In this document: positions 27,169-39,989 of the stretch, piece by piece
Numbering within the stretch: the stretch's first letter is position 1
How the letters are laid out: every line of letters starts with the position of its first letter
DNA from: Eledone cirrhosa
Taxonomy: Eukaryota
NCBI GenBank assembly: GCA_964016885.1
Contig: OZ024740.1
Coordinates: 312,542,001-312,606,000 of the forward strand
Length of the DNA stretch: 64,000 nt
Reading direction: 5' to 3'
Notes under the pieces: model-generated
Seen by the model: the letters and a program-made list of their open reading frames with translations, nothing else
What the model was told of the DNA's origin: nothing
Database searches by the model: none
Translations under genes and position numbers: made by a program

Positions 27169-29706
27169 CATGTGGTTGTTTAAAGTATTTCTCTCAAGGC
27201 AATTGTATCCATATGCCTACTTATTAGACAAATTCCATGACAGGAATTCCAGTATGAACTGCTGTTAAACATCCACATCTATATGGTTAGTGTTTTCATT
27301 TTAATCAGAATATTTGAGAAAATTATGCCAACATGTGAGTAAAATGTTGATCAAATGTATAGTATTGATCTAATTCAGTAATGCTTTATTTTTAAACTTA
27401 AAATTGTGAAAAATTGCATGGTGTTCTTTTTATTTTCAAGCACAATATTCTTTTTAGGAATAAACTGATAACATTTTTAGAAGGGAAAAATGCAAAGCTC
27501 TACAAATAATCATTTAATAGATCAGTTTGTCTGGCTAGAAGACATTTGTTGAATAAGATGGAGAACAATATAGAGAAATGAAACATAGATATGCATGCAT
27601 GGTCCTTTAACTTAAGAGGGAGTGATAGGAGTACTGTATTGACATATGGCATTTCTAGTGCATTTTTAAACAAATACATATTAATATACATACACTTATA
27701 CACATAAATATATGACTTTATACATATATAGCCATATACTCATGCACATCATCATAATCATTATTTTACTTCCCCTTTTCCATGCTTGTTGGATGTGTGC
27801 TTTCCAGTATAGTCTCTGTCCACTTGTACCATTCCATCGTCATCTCGCCAGGGTTTTCTCAGTCTTCCTCTACTGCAGCTTCCTTCCACTAGCATCTCCT
27901 GGCATTCTTTACACAGTGTTCATCATCCACATACATCACATGTCCTTATCAGTGCAGTCTTCTCACATGCACATTACATCTGATTTCTCTTATACCCAGT
28001 TTTTCTCTCAGGTCAATCATTCTCCTCTTAGAGCTATACAAATATAATCAAATACAGATATTTTGGAATATCCTTGTAGTGTATTATATTGCAAGTCATT
28101 GTCAGCTATCTTCACGTTTCTGTCACTACAACTATAATGGTCTCTGCTTTTCTAAACTTATTGACTGCTTACTTCTCCTACTCAACTCCTTGTCTCATCT
28201 GCTTCATTTCTTCTTTTTATTCTAGCAGTATCTCTTTCCACTGGTTCTTGACTGAGAATTTGTCCCAATTCTTCATCTATAGACATGTTCCCTTCCATAC
28301 ATGGATCTGCGAACATGTCCACTAACTTTAGCTTATCTTCCCTGACTAGAACAGGCTACAGGCATTGCTACTCTCTTTTATACTAAATTATATTTAAAAT
28401 CGAAACAAAACAATAATCAGTCAGCTATTGCTTGCATACTTCTATTATTTGTGTTGTATCACAAGTTACATTTTTGTCATCAAGAAAAATATAACTTATT
28501 TTCTTTTAATTTACATTAATCTTTCTGTACTAATTTGAGGTTGGACAGGTGGTAAATTTTGATAGTTTATATTATATGGGCATTTGGCTTTGTAGTTTGT
28601 TGGCAGTGTATTGGCCTTCTCTTATTCCTGAGAGGGTTGTGGAGGCAGAGAACTCAAGTATGCTTTCCAGCAAGCCCTGTAAAATCTGTCCAGTGATTCT
28701 TTCCCGAGATATTCTAACCACATGCCTGTAATATCAGAGCTGTGATTTCTCAATTCGGAGTAGTGGCTCTACCTGGAATGTTTTGTGATATTTAGTTACA
28801 TTTGCCTTTCTTCTCTGCCAGGAGTTTTGTAACTGGTATATAATATCATCAATGGAAACATTGTTTTCTTGGTCAAATTTGATGGGTTCCACCCTACACA
28901 GTAAATGATAGAGGTCTGGGATCTTGTTAGTCATTAATATTTTGAAAGATTCTTTCTGTGAGTCAATAAAATAAGCAATAGTAGTCTATTGTATTCTTTG
29001 CCTGCAAATATCTGGTCTTGCATCATGTAACAAAGGTTCTCAACCCATTTTGGCCAAACGCCCCCTTTTGCCCCTCGAAATCACGAAACGCCCCCCTACC
29101 CTATTTTGCCATTTTTCAATATACTACTGATTTTGATATCTTAGATTCTTTAAAAAATACTCGTACAAATTAAATACAAAAAAGTTTCAGTCCCAAACAA
29201 AAGCAAGCTATTTGAAATTATATATTTTTGAAATAAAAAAAACATTTGATCTCAGTCAAAAAAGCTTTTTTTTTTTTAAATTCTATATTTCACTGTTAGC
29301 TGTTGTAATATTTTGAGTGGATAGACAATTCTACAATTGAAACTGCAAAGTCAAAATACAAAAGATGCAAAATATGAAGAATTTCTTACCTTTCTCTGAA
29401 ATCACAAACTCAGGGGAAAAATAGTACCTTGCAAAATAATATACCTCGTAACAAAATAAGTAGTAAGGAATTAATTGAGAAGCTTGGTGACTGAGAAAGC
29501 AATATTTTTATCCCTTATATATAAACATAGATACACACAAACACGCATATACATACACACACACACACACATATACATACACACACACAAACTTGTGTGT
29601 GTGTGTGCCTTGGTTTGGACACAGAAGGAATTTTGTCTACATTTTTTTATTGCCAGGTCAAAGGCCACAGCTCTTTTCAACAATGCCAAATAACAACGCT
29701 CCACAA

Positions 29707-29742
<36 letters not shown>

Positions 29743-29802
29743 ATGAAGAGAGAAAGAGGGAGGGACAGAGAGAGTAAGAAATGTGTGTGTGTTTGGTATA
29801 CG

Positions 29803-29845
<43 letters not shown>

Positions 29846-29939
29846 CCAACAGGGGGCTCACACATGCGGCCCGCGAACTACTTCTCTGTGGCCCGTGGTA
29901 GAACCAATATTTCATATCGCATTATAACTGATGAAAATA

Positions 29940-30157
29940 AGGCGGCGAGCTGGTGGAATCGTTAGCACATCTGGCGAAATGCTTAACGGTACTTCTTCCG
30001 TTTTTACGTTCTGAGTTCAAATTCCGCCGATCTCAACTTTGCCTTACATCCTTTTGGGGTGGATGAATTAAGTACCAGTTGTGTACTAGGATCGATGCAA
30101 TCGACTGAACCCTAAACCCAAAATTTCATGCCTTGTTCCTATAGTAGAAATGATTAT
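29940..30157 (+). mobile_element. tRNA-derived SINE with Deu/Nin-like core
   Basis: GGCGGCGAGCTGG head, GAGTTCAAAT B box, CTTTGCCTT..CATCC...AAGTACCAGTT core. Confidence 0.8.
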
Positions 30158-30403
30158 AACTGGTGAAAATTTTCACCCACCAACACGTTTAGTCCACTGT
30201 GCCTCTCCTCCAGGACGTACTAGCCCTTTTGTGTCCTTGAGTTTGAGACCCCTCTTTTACACACACACACACACACACATATATATTTTACTTTTTTTCT
30301 GTCTCTGGACTATGCCCATGCTGGAGCATCACCTTGGTAAGTTATGGGGACGTCAACAAACCAACAAGCATTGGTGGGAGGGCAAACACAAATGCAAAGA
30401 CAC

Positions 30404-30705
30404 ATCATCATCATCATCATCATCGTCATCATTTTACGTCCGCTTCTCCCTGCTTGCAAGAGTGGGACGGGAACTGATTCTGGCTTGATTTCTATAGCTG
30501 GATGCCCTTCCTAACACCAACCTCATTTACAGTGAGTGCTGGGTGCTTTTTTTTCCGTGGCACCTCTACGACCACACACAGACATATACGACGGGCTTCT
30601 TTTAGTTTCGATCTATCAAATCCACTCACAGGGCTTTGGTCGGCTCGGGCAGTGGGACTGAACCTGGAAATATGTGGTTGGGAAACAAGCTTCTTGTCAC
30701 ACTGC
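30404..30705 (-). mobile_element. Chimeric SINE: tRNA-like head of another family joined to the RTE-type tail
   Basis: Tail identical to the 24767 family (30404-30570). Head AAGAAGCTTGTTTCCCAACCAC...GGTTCAGTCCCACTG. Confidence 0.6.
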
Positions 30706-30752
<47 letters not shown>

Positions 30753-30852
30753 TGTATGTATGTATGTATGTATGTATGTATGTATGTATGTGTGTGTGTG
30801 TAATATATATATTACACACACACACATATATATATATATATAAAACGTTACA

Positions 30853-30984
30853 CATCATCATCATCATCGTTTAACGTCCGTGTTCCATGCTTGCATGGGT
30901 TTGGATGGGAGTTTTCCCACTTGAGGCAAGAGTGGTTGTCTTGCTCGCATAGGACTGTCTGGCGGGTTTTCTACAGTTGGATGC
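30853..30984 (-). mobile_element. RTE 3' tail, left member of a tails-out pair
   Basis: Reverse complement of about 33820-33963. Confidence 0.85.
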
Positions 30985-31199
30985 ACACTTAAATATAAAT
31001 GCATGTATATATATACAATTGTATAAATGCATAGCTATATACATACGTAAATGTATGTATGTATATATGTATGTATGTAGATTTATATATATATATATGT
31101 ATGTATGTAGATTTGTATATATATATATGTATGAATGAAGTAATTCCATCGGAAAAGTCCAGGAAAAAAGAGTGCTCTGTGTAGGCAACAGAGCTTAAT

Positions 31200-31420
31200 T
31201 ATTATTATTATGTAATAAACAACATAAGGCAATTATTCCATTTACCAGTGGTTTCTTAAAAGCAAAAGGTTTTGCTTTCAATCCTCAGAATGAAAAAATC
31301 CTGGTTTCCAGCAAACCAGGATTTTTTCATTCTGAGGATTGAAAGCAAAACCTTTTGCTTTTAAGAAACCACTGGTAAATGGAATAATTGCCTTATGTTG
31401 TTTATTACATAATAATAATA
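31200..31420. repeat. Perfect inverted repeat: 108-bp arms, 5-nt loop
   Basis: 31200-31307 is the reverse complement of 31313-31420; loop CCAGC. Confidence 0.95.
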
Positions 31421-31466
31421 TATATATATGTATGTAGATTTATATATATATATGTATGTATGTAGA

Positions 31467-31890
31467 ACCTCTCCAAGACAATGTCACTGGACCGAGACCT
31501 TTGGCGGTACTCAGTAACAGAGAAGACCCGCCTTGCCAGTAGGCATCTCTAACAAAATACCCCCCCCCCCCCCCCATCCACACCACCCCGTTCTATGTAA
31601 AGTTATGTTGGTGCCGCGCCATCCAGGCCGAAACAAATGAGATCGTGTAGGTGTCACGACAAAAAAACACACAGTCCACGCTGTAATGTGGCCGTGTCGG
31701 CAACACGGTAAAAACCTCCCAGACCCACACTGTAAATGTGGTTGGTGTTAGGAAGGGCATCCAACTGTAGAAAACCTGCCAGACAGTCGTATGCGAGCAA
31801 GACAATCACTCTTGCCTCAAGTGGGACTACCCCCGTCCAAACCCATGCAAGCGTGGAACACGGACGTTAAACGTTGATGATGATGATGAT
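31467..31890 (+). mobile_element. RTE LINE 3' end, direct duplicate of ~33518-33963
   Basis: Near-identical sequence from ACCTCTCCAAGACAATG to the (GAT)n tail. Confidence 0.9.
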
Positions 31891-31898
31891 GTATGTAG

Positions 31899-31936
<38 letters not shown>

Positions 31937-31955
31937 GTATGTATGTATGTAGATT

Positions 31956-32009
<54 letters not shown>

Positions 32010-32027
32010 TGTATATTTATATATATT

Positions 32028-32620
32028 TCAGGTCACCAGCTGGTGCTACTGGTAACATGTATCCCAGTACAACCTGTCTCATGGTCGGGTCGTTGGCGAC
32101 TAAACTGGCAACCCCACCAAGGTTACTTGGTGAGGAGGGTGACTTTGGACATCCTGCAGGACTAAAAACAAAACCTGTCAAAGGGCAAAGGAGCTCTTAA
32201 GAGTCAATAGCCATCCAAAATCACTGGGAGAGATGACTCCTTAGCCTTTGTCAAGGCAGAATTCTAGTTGAAGGAAAACTCTGATATAACACCTGCAACC
32301 CTGATGGTATCCAATGATGTTGACTTGTTCTTCTTTTTGGTAAATATTATCTTGGTTAAGAGAGTGGGACTGGCTTTGTGCAGTGCCTTTGCTCACTATA
32401 AAAGCTTCACGGCACAGGCATTGCTTTATATCTGGAGATCTCTCTGCACTTGTCGTCACATGGTACCATGGGCCCAGCACTATGTGTCAATAATTGTCAC
32501 AAGTGTAGTGTTTGTACCAGACATTTCAAGTCGCTGGCTGGACTAAAAAGTCACACTCGTAGGGGTTCTCCTACATGGATATAAAGTAGTGGCTGTACTC
32601 GAAAACGAGTTGGCAGCCAC
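32028..32620 (+). mobile_element. Probable internally deleted (bipartite) RTE-type non-autonomous element
   Basis: 5' UTR-like GGCGACTAAACTGGCAACC...AAACCTGTCAAAGGGC. The 3' part encodes CSVCTRHFKSLAGLKSHTR, like the C-terminal zinc finger of some RTE ORFs. Flanked by TA-rich tracts. Confidence 0.5.
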
Positions 32621-32649
32621 CATATTTATATATATATATATGTATGTAG

Positions 32650-32680
<31 letters not shown>

Positions 32681-32684
<4 letters not shown>

Positions 32685-33963
32685 AGAAATTCCAAATATG
32701 GAAGCACGGCCTAGAGTCAAAAGGACTTAAAATTAACCTGGCTAAGACCAAAGTTCTAGTTTGTAGGAAAGAAAACAAGGCGGCGGTCCCTTCTGGGAAA
32801 TGGTCGTGCTCGGTATGTAGGAAAGGCGTAGGTAGAAACTCCATCTTATGTCCTAAATGCAAAGTATGGGTGCAGAAAAGATGTAGTGGGATCACAGGTA
32901 AGCTAACTAAGAACATAGACTTTACATGTGGCCGATGTTCTGGTGCAATAAGTAGCAGCAAGTGCCCACAAAATACTAGCTCTTTCAATTGCGCAGAGGG
33001 TTCTATAGAAATAGTGGACAGCTTCCGTTACCTGGGCGATAAAATCAGCAGTGGGGGAGGGTGCTCTGAAAGTACTGTAGCTAGAGTCAGAAGTGGTTGG
33101 AAAAAGTTCAGAGAGCTTATACCACTATTAGCTGCTAAAGGGTTCTCCCTAAAAATGAAAGGCAGGTTGTACGATGCCTGCATACGAACAGCAATGTTGC
33201 ATGGTAGTGAGACCTGGGCATTGTGTGCAGAGGATATACGCAGACTAGAGAGGAACGAAGCTTGCATGCTCCGCTGGATGTGTAACAGTAATATACGTGA
33301 ACGGCAAAGCATAAACGAACTAAGGAAAAAATTAGAGATAAGAGGGATCAGATGTTGTTTACTCGAGAGAAGGCTGCGTTGGTATGGACACGTGATGCGC
33401 ATGAAAGTCGATAGCTGTATTACAAAGTGCAGGGCAATAAAGATAGACGGTAGCCACGGAATAGGCAGACCTAGAAAAACATGGGATGAGCTGATAAACT
33501 CCGACCTCATACACTTACACCTCTCCAAGACAATGTCACTGGACCGTGACCTTTGGCGGTACTCAGTAACAGAGAAGACCCGCCTTGCCAGTAGGCATCT
33601 CTAACAAACTACACCCCGTCCCGCCACCACCCCCACCCCATCCACACCACCCCGTTCCATGTAAAGTTGTGTTGGTGCCGCGCCATCCAGGCCGAAACAA
33701 ACGAGATCGTGTAGGTGTCACGACAAAAAAACACACAGTCCACGCTGTAATGTGGCCGTGTAGGCAACACAGTAAAAACCTCCCAGACCCACACTGTAAA
33801 TGTGGTTGGTGTTAGGAAGGGCATCCAACTGTAGAAAACCTGCCAGACAGTCCTATGCGAGCAAGACAATCACTCTTGCCTCAAGTGGGACTACCCCCGT
33901 CCAAACCCATGCAAGCGTGGAACACGGACGTTAAACGTTGATGATGATGATGATGATGATGAT
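32681..33963 (+). mobile_element. Young 5'-truncated RTE LINE with an uninterrupted ORF
   Basis: Frame open from EKKFQIWK through ERRLRWYGHVMRM to the stop at 33604, then 3' UTR and (GAT)n. Confidence 0.95.
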
Positions 33964-34588
33964 ATAAATCTACATACATATATATATAAATCTACATACA
34001 TACATACATACATACATATATACATACATTTATGTATGTATATAGCTATGCATTTATACATTTGTATATATACATGCATTTATATTTAAGTGTGTAAGGA
34101 TGTTGATATGATCTATGTCTTCTTTTTTTGGTAAGGAGAACATTTTAAATACCACACTTTTGGCTGAAAGCTGACCAGGTTCTCAACTTCATCAAACACT
34201 AACGCCGACCTGTGTGTGTATATATGTATGTATGTGTGTGTATGTATGTATGTATGTTCACCACCATTGCTTCTTCTTGTCATTTTTGTTGAAGTAGTCC
34301 TTTCATTCTCTTTGATTTCTTTTGATTTTCTTTTATCTCCCTAAGGAATTCGTTGACAAGCTTCTTTAATTTATTTTCTTTGTTTTCTTCATTCAAATCA
34401 CTGACTGTCTAAGGGACTACAAATATGACTTATAAAACTTACCAAACTAAAAGGGCTTCTAGCGCCCTCAAAGTTTCAAACGCCCCCTTACTGCATAACC
34501 CCCCCGTTGAGAACCTTTAATGTAAAACATCATTGTGATTTGAAGCAAACTAAATAACTCTAACATGGATCTCTGCTTATGTCAACAG

Positions 34589-34806
34589 GATGCCACCTTA
34601 AGTAAACGGTCACGGGTAAAAACGGAACGGATGCAAGAATTTGAAAAATCCCAAGAAGACAACGTCACTCAAAAATTGTTAAAGTGTCCCAAAGATGGTT
34701 GTGGCAAAGTCTTCACAAGTGTCCCTGGATTACGCTATCACACAAAGACACATGTTGAACCACACAGAAGATTTATTTGTGAAAAATGTGACAAAAGTTT
34801 CAAAAG
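34589..34806 (+). CDS. HBP1: HBP1-like gene exon: C2H2 zinc finger plus first half of a second finger
   Basis: cag|GAT...AAAAG|gtaag. Encodes CPKDGCGKVFTSVPGLRYHTKTH and FICEKCDKSFK. The phase-2 end joins 57238 to complete the finger. Gene assignment rests on the downstream exons. Confidence 0.85.
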
Positions 34807-35685
34807 GTAAGCACTACCTGCTAACTATTTCTCTAGTTCTCTCTCTCTTTTTTTTTTTATAATGTCTGTCTATTTATATCTCTTTCTATCTATAAATTTG
34901 TTGTTTCACCAGCTGTTTAGCTGTCTCTTTGTTTGGTTATTCATGTGTGAAAAACATATCAGCATCTAAAGAAACTAGTAATGGTTTTCATAGGCAAAAG
35001 TCATTTCAGTAAAGTTTACAAAATGGTAATTTGTATTATAAAGTGAGAAGTGCAGAAGAAGAAAAAAAAATACCAGATATGACTGTTTATCACTTTGTTC
35101 ATCTATTTGTATCTTAACTTGTTTGTTTGTCTCTATATCATACTTATTTGTCTATTAACTATTTATAGCCGTGTGTTTATATGTTTGTATCTCTGCATGT
35201 CTCTTCATTCTATCTATTTGTCTATCTACCTATCTATTCTATGTCTGTATTATATCTATTTATCTAAACATATATATTTGTCTTTATGCCTATCACTCTC
35301 TCCTGACTCTCTATCTCAATATCTATCCTATCAAATTATGCAATGAAGTTGTACCTCTACCCAAATTCTATACTAACTTTAAAGTGTGACTCCTATTGTA
35401 CCACAAAAATTGTGTTACTGGTATTTATTTCAGTTTTACACCTCTGCACTATGAAAGGTTTAATGTATAAATAAATATCTGTGAGTGGTTGTTGTCTGAT
35501 GATAACTAGTGTCACAGAAGCATATCTACTACATGTCTATATCAACAATACTTCATGGATGAAAGATTAGCATTAAGAATTTCAGGTGGAAAAACACATG
35601 CACCGGCAGAGTCTTTGCCATTCACTCTACTAAAAACTTAATCATGCAGGTTTTTTTGAAACTATATATAGGTATTATATTATAT

Positions 35686-36090
35686 ATGAGGGTTAGTTGA
35701 CTATGAAGGATTGATGCTAGAGCTTTGAAATCTTGCATGCATTAATTTAAAACATGGGGATAAGTCATATTGTATGCTGTTGGCCAGGTTTTCATCAGTA
35801 CAACATAACTCCAGCACTCACAGCACTTTGTCGTTTATGATGTGAGGTTTAGTTTTTCAAGGTCGGTCTTCACAACCTCATCCCATGCCTTCCTGCTTCT
35901 GTCTCTTCCATGGGTCCCAGCTGCTAGGGTTTCTTTGCATGCTTTTATGTAACTGCTCTCCTCCATATTTCAACTCTTCCTATTAATAACTGCATTGTTG
36001 CTTTCCATGGACTATGTTGAAAAATAAACCTCATTTGGTCATTTCATGAGAATATCTTGGTTAGCCTATGAACTTTTCAACCGACCCTCG
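35686..36090. mobile_element. Tc1/mariner-like MITE, degraded, with an internal RTE fragment
   Basis: Ends GAGGGTTAGTTGA / GCCTATGAACTTTTCAACCGACCCTCG match the 61812 family. Confidence 0.6.
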
Positions 36091-37039
36091 TGTGTGTGTG
36101 TGTAATGTATATAATTTTATATCTAATATATATCATCAATCATTGTCATTATTTAACATTTACTCTCACTGCTAGCAAGGGTTTGACGGAGCTCCTGACT
36201 TTCCAGACAGGCCAGGAGTCTGCATCTCACTTACATACAGTCTTATGTTCTACTGAATACACCAGCACAAGAGAGGATGTCATATCCTTGACACAACTAA
36301 GGGCCCCCTCCCCCATCATTTGTTTGGCAAGCTTTCTACAGCTGGATGCTCTTCCTATCACCAACCACTTTACAGCATATACTGTGTGCATTTATCATGT
36401 AGATCATCAACGCTAGAAAGGTTATCATACCATGTCACAACTGATGAGTCCTCTCAACCCTTTTTAGGCATGGTTCCTACAGTGGGGTGCTTTTCCTGAT
36501 GCCAACCACCTTACAGAGTCTACCAGGTGCATTTTCATGGCACCAATGCTAGAGAGGTTGTTGGTGCTTGTCCTAATGAAAGGGCCCTCTTTGTTCTGTG
36601 AGGTTTGGGTAGAAGTGATTGATGGGAGATAAGTATGAAGTTATGGCAACTGTGATAATGATTTAACAGAGTGATGAGTATAGAAGGGGGTGATTTTGAT
36701 AGCATTGTGGAGGAGGGGTGTGGTGAAAACATCTAAGCGAAGATGGAAGAGATTGTGGATGGTGTGGTCAATAGTGTTGTGTGTGTGTGGGGGGGGGGGG
36801 GGGGTATAATCACTCACAAGTGCCTGGAAGGTGAGGTATAGTGATGGAGAGAATAGCTGAAGAGTGATAGTGGTGGGGGAATGGGTCGGGTGGAGAGAGT
36901 AGCCATGAGGATGTGATAGTAAAGGTATCGATGAGCTTTTTAGTGGGTAGCAGCTGAAGAGTGAATGCTGCAAGAGGCATGGGTAGGGTTAGGGGTGTAG
37001 TGCTGGTAAAGATAGCTGCTAGGAAGTGCTAGTGGAAGG

Positions 37040-37720
37040 GGCATGTCTTCCTGCTTCTGTCTGTTTCATGGGTCTCTGCCACTAGGGTGTCTCTGCATGT
37101 TTTTATATAGCTGCTATCCTCCATACACATCACATGTCCATACCAATGCAATCTTCTCTCTTGAACACTACATCCAATTCCTTTTATGCCAAGTTTTCTC
37201 TCAGTTTGCTTATGTTATGTTGCTCATGTACACTAATATTACATATCCACCAGAGCATACTTGATTAATTTCTTTCTAGCCTCCACATATCTTCTGCGGT
37301 TAAGGCCCATATTCTGCTGCCATTTAGCATTACAGTTCATACACAGGCATCATGCAGTCAACCCTTCATTCTGAGAGAAAAACCCATTGTTGTTATCAAC
37401 AGTAACAGTTCTCTAAACTTCTTCTAGTCTGTTCTTATCCTAGCTATTACACTTTTTTTGCACATCCTTTCTCATTGCTAATTTGGGTACCTAGGTAAAA
37501 AAAGCTATCAACTACTCCTTAGGAGTCTCCCTGGCAACTGAAGGAATCTATTTTGCGTCTGCTTCTAGTGCTTATTTCTCCTGTGCATCTGCCACATACA
37601 AAGTCTATCTTTTCCATTAGCCTACCTGCAATCCCTCTACATCTCTTGTGCATCCATAAATTACATTGTGTGCACCTTATGGAATGTCTATTAATTCCTT
37701 TCTGACATATTGAATAAGGC
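37040..37720 (-). mobile_element. Old RTE LINE fragment
   Basis: Reverse complement is homologous to the RT C-terminus (WYGHVM, LERN motifs). Confidence 0.75.
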
Positions 37721-38300
37721 TACTTCCCTGATAGTTTCACTCTGCTGTCCTCTTTCCTACATATTAACACTTTCATCTTTGCTAAGTTTACTTTTAGGCC
37801 TTTCAACCCTAGGTTCTTCTTCTCTGCTTAAAATTTTGCCTGGTATTGCTTTTTGTCTCCTCCAATCCTCCAGTCTATCCAGGTTTGTCTTTTTGTTTTG
37901 ATAGCTCTTTCTACCTTATAATTTCACCATAATGTCACTCTCCATTTTGCTGGTGCCTTGCTCAAGTTGCAGATCTGACTCGGAGCTTCCAGCAGAATGT
38001 CCATAAAAATTCCCAATTTTTCTGTTATATGTCACTAATTTCTCTTCCTTACTGCCATAAGCATCAAGTAGGATTTTTCTGAATTTGTTATCTACAGAAG
38101 ATTCTCTCAACTTCCATGACTTCCTTCTCCAGACTGGTTTTTGTCTCAGTCCACCTAGCCCTTACTTTAAGGTCACTGACAACTAATCTATGTTGAGAGG
38201 TATATTCATCCCCAGGAAAGGACTTGGTATTTACAACTATTTGCCTGTCTTGCTTCCTTGCTTTCTTGGCTTGTGTATCTACTTGATTATATATATATAT

Positions 38301-38355
38301 ATCATCATCATCATCATCATCGTTTAACGTCCATCTTCCACGCTTGCATGGGTTT
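38301..38355 (-). mobile_element. RTE 3' tail, left member of a tails-out pair
   Basis: (ATC)n-GTTTAACGTCCATCTTCCACGC, the reverse complement of about 39438-39480; embedded in (TA)n. Confidence 0.85.
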
Positions 38356-38370
38356 ATATATATATATATA

Positions 38371-39480
38371 AAGATGTAGTGGGATCACAGGTAAACTATC
38401 TAAGAACGTAGACTTTATATGTGGCCAATGCTCAGGTGCAATAAGTACCAAGTGTCCACAGGATACTAGCTCCTTCTATTGCCCAGATGGTTCTATAGAA
38501 ATAGTAGACACTTTCTGTTACCTGGGTGACAAAATCAGCAGTGGTGGAGGGTGTTCTGAAAGTACAGTAGCCAGAGTCAGAAAGGGATGGAAAAAGTTCA
38601 GAGAGCTTATACCGCGGTTGACCACAAAAGGTTTCTCTCTAAAAATGAAAGGCAGATTGCATGATGCCTGTATACGAACAGCAATACTACATGGCAGTGA
38701 GACATGGGCATTACGTGCAGAGGATTTGCGCAGACTGGAAAGGAACGAAGCATGCATGCTCCGTTGGATGTGTAATAGTAATATACGTGAACGGCAAAGC
38801 ATAAATGAACTAAGTGAGAAATTAAGAATAAGAGGGATCAAATGCTGTTTACTTGAGAGAAGACTACGTTGGTATGGTCACATGATGCGTATGAAAGATG
38901 ACAGCTGCATAAAAAAGTGCAGGGCGATCAAAATTGATGGTAGTTACGGAGTAGGTAGACCCAGAAAAACCTGGGACGATCTGATAAATTCCGACCTTAC
39001 ACACTTGCACCTCTAAGACAATGTCACTGGACCGAGATCTTTGGCGCTACGCAGTAATACAGAAGACCCGCCTTGCCTATGTACAAAGCGAAACCTACAG
39101 TCAGTAGGCACCTCTTAACCAAATATACACCCCTACCCTTACCCTATCCTCCCACTCCCACCAACACCACCCTCTCTCTGTAAAGTTGGTACCACAACAT
39201 CCAGTCCAAATAAATGAGATAATGAGATCGAGATTGTGTAGGTGTCACGACAAAAAAATACAGTCCACGCTGTAATGTGGCCGTGTAGGTAACACAGTAA
39301 AAAGTTCCCAGTTCCACACTGTAAATGTAGTTGGTGTTAGGAAGGGCATCCAGCCGTAGAAAACCTGCCAGATAGTCCTATATGAGCGAGACGCGGTCAC
39401 CCGACCAACCTTGCCCCAAGTGGGACAACTCCCGTCTAACCCATGCTAGCGTGGAAGATGGACGTTAAATGATGATGATG
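38371..39480 (+). mobile_element. 5'-truncated RTE LINE
   Basis: GFSLKMKGRLHDACIRTA...ERRLRWYGHMMRM, 3' UTR, (GAT)n; (TA)n on both sides. Confidence 0.95.
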
Positions 39481-39650
39481 ATATATATATGGGATAACAA
39501 GTTTTCGTTATAGGTAATCCAGTTACAGGTTGTGAGTACTCTGCGTCATGGATAGTTTTAACGTACGGCTTTGTTTGACTCAACAAGATGTTTCCATAGT
39601 TAGGCAGCGAGTTCGCGGTAATTCCTATGCAGGTTATACTTGGTGTAATA

Positions 39651-39952
39651 ATAGTGAAAGAGTGAAGAGTAACATGGTTGGCTGTACAACAAGGGGCTTT
39701 ATTTCAGGTATTGACAATTGTTTCATTGATCAGGTGAGTCTAGAGGCTGCTAATCGCTTGAAGTTGCATCATTTGATCTCCATTACATTATTTACCTCTG
39801 ACCAAATCTTCAGAGTAAATAATGTAATGGAGATCGGGTGACGCAACTTCAAGCGATTAGCAGCCTCTAGACTCACCTGATCAATGAAACAATTGTCAAT
39901 ACCTGAAATAAAGCCCCTTGTTGTACAGCCAACCATGTTACTCTTCATTCTT

Positions 39953-39959
<7 letters not shown>
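39651..39959. repeat. Long fold-back: 117-bp outer arms plus a 21-bp inner stem
   Basis: 39651-39767 pairs with 39843-39959 (one mismatch seen); 39775-39795 pairs with 39815-39835. Confidence 0.93.

Positions 39960-39989
<30 letters not shown>

Larger units (their letters stand above)
29031..34519. mobile_element. hAT-like non-autonomous DNA transposon expanded to ~5.5 kb by nested insertions
   Basis: TIRs CAAAGGTTCTCAAC (29031) / GTTGAGAACCTTTA (34506-34519). Subterminal AAACGCCCCC motifs at both ends. ATGTAA repeated directly on both flanks. Confidence 0.65.

Noticed and set aside
39870-39900. Hammerhead ribozyme motif (CTGATCA..GAAAC; also CTGATGA at about 36441 and 58723)
   Set aside because: The core deviates from CUGANGA or lacks a pairable stem II and cleavage triplet. 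An Infernal search would be needed to settle it.
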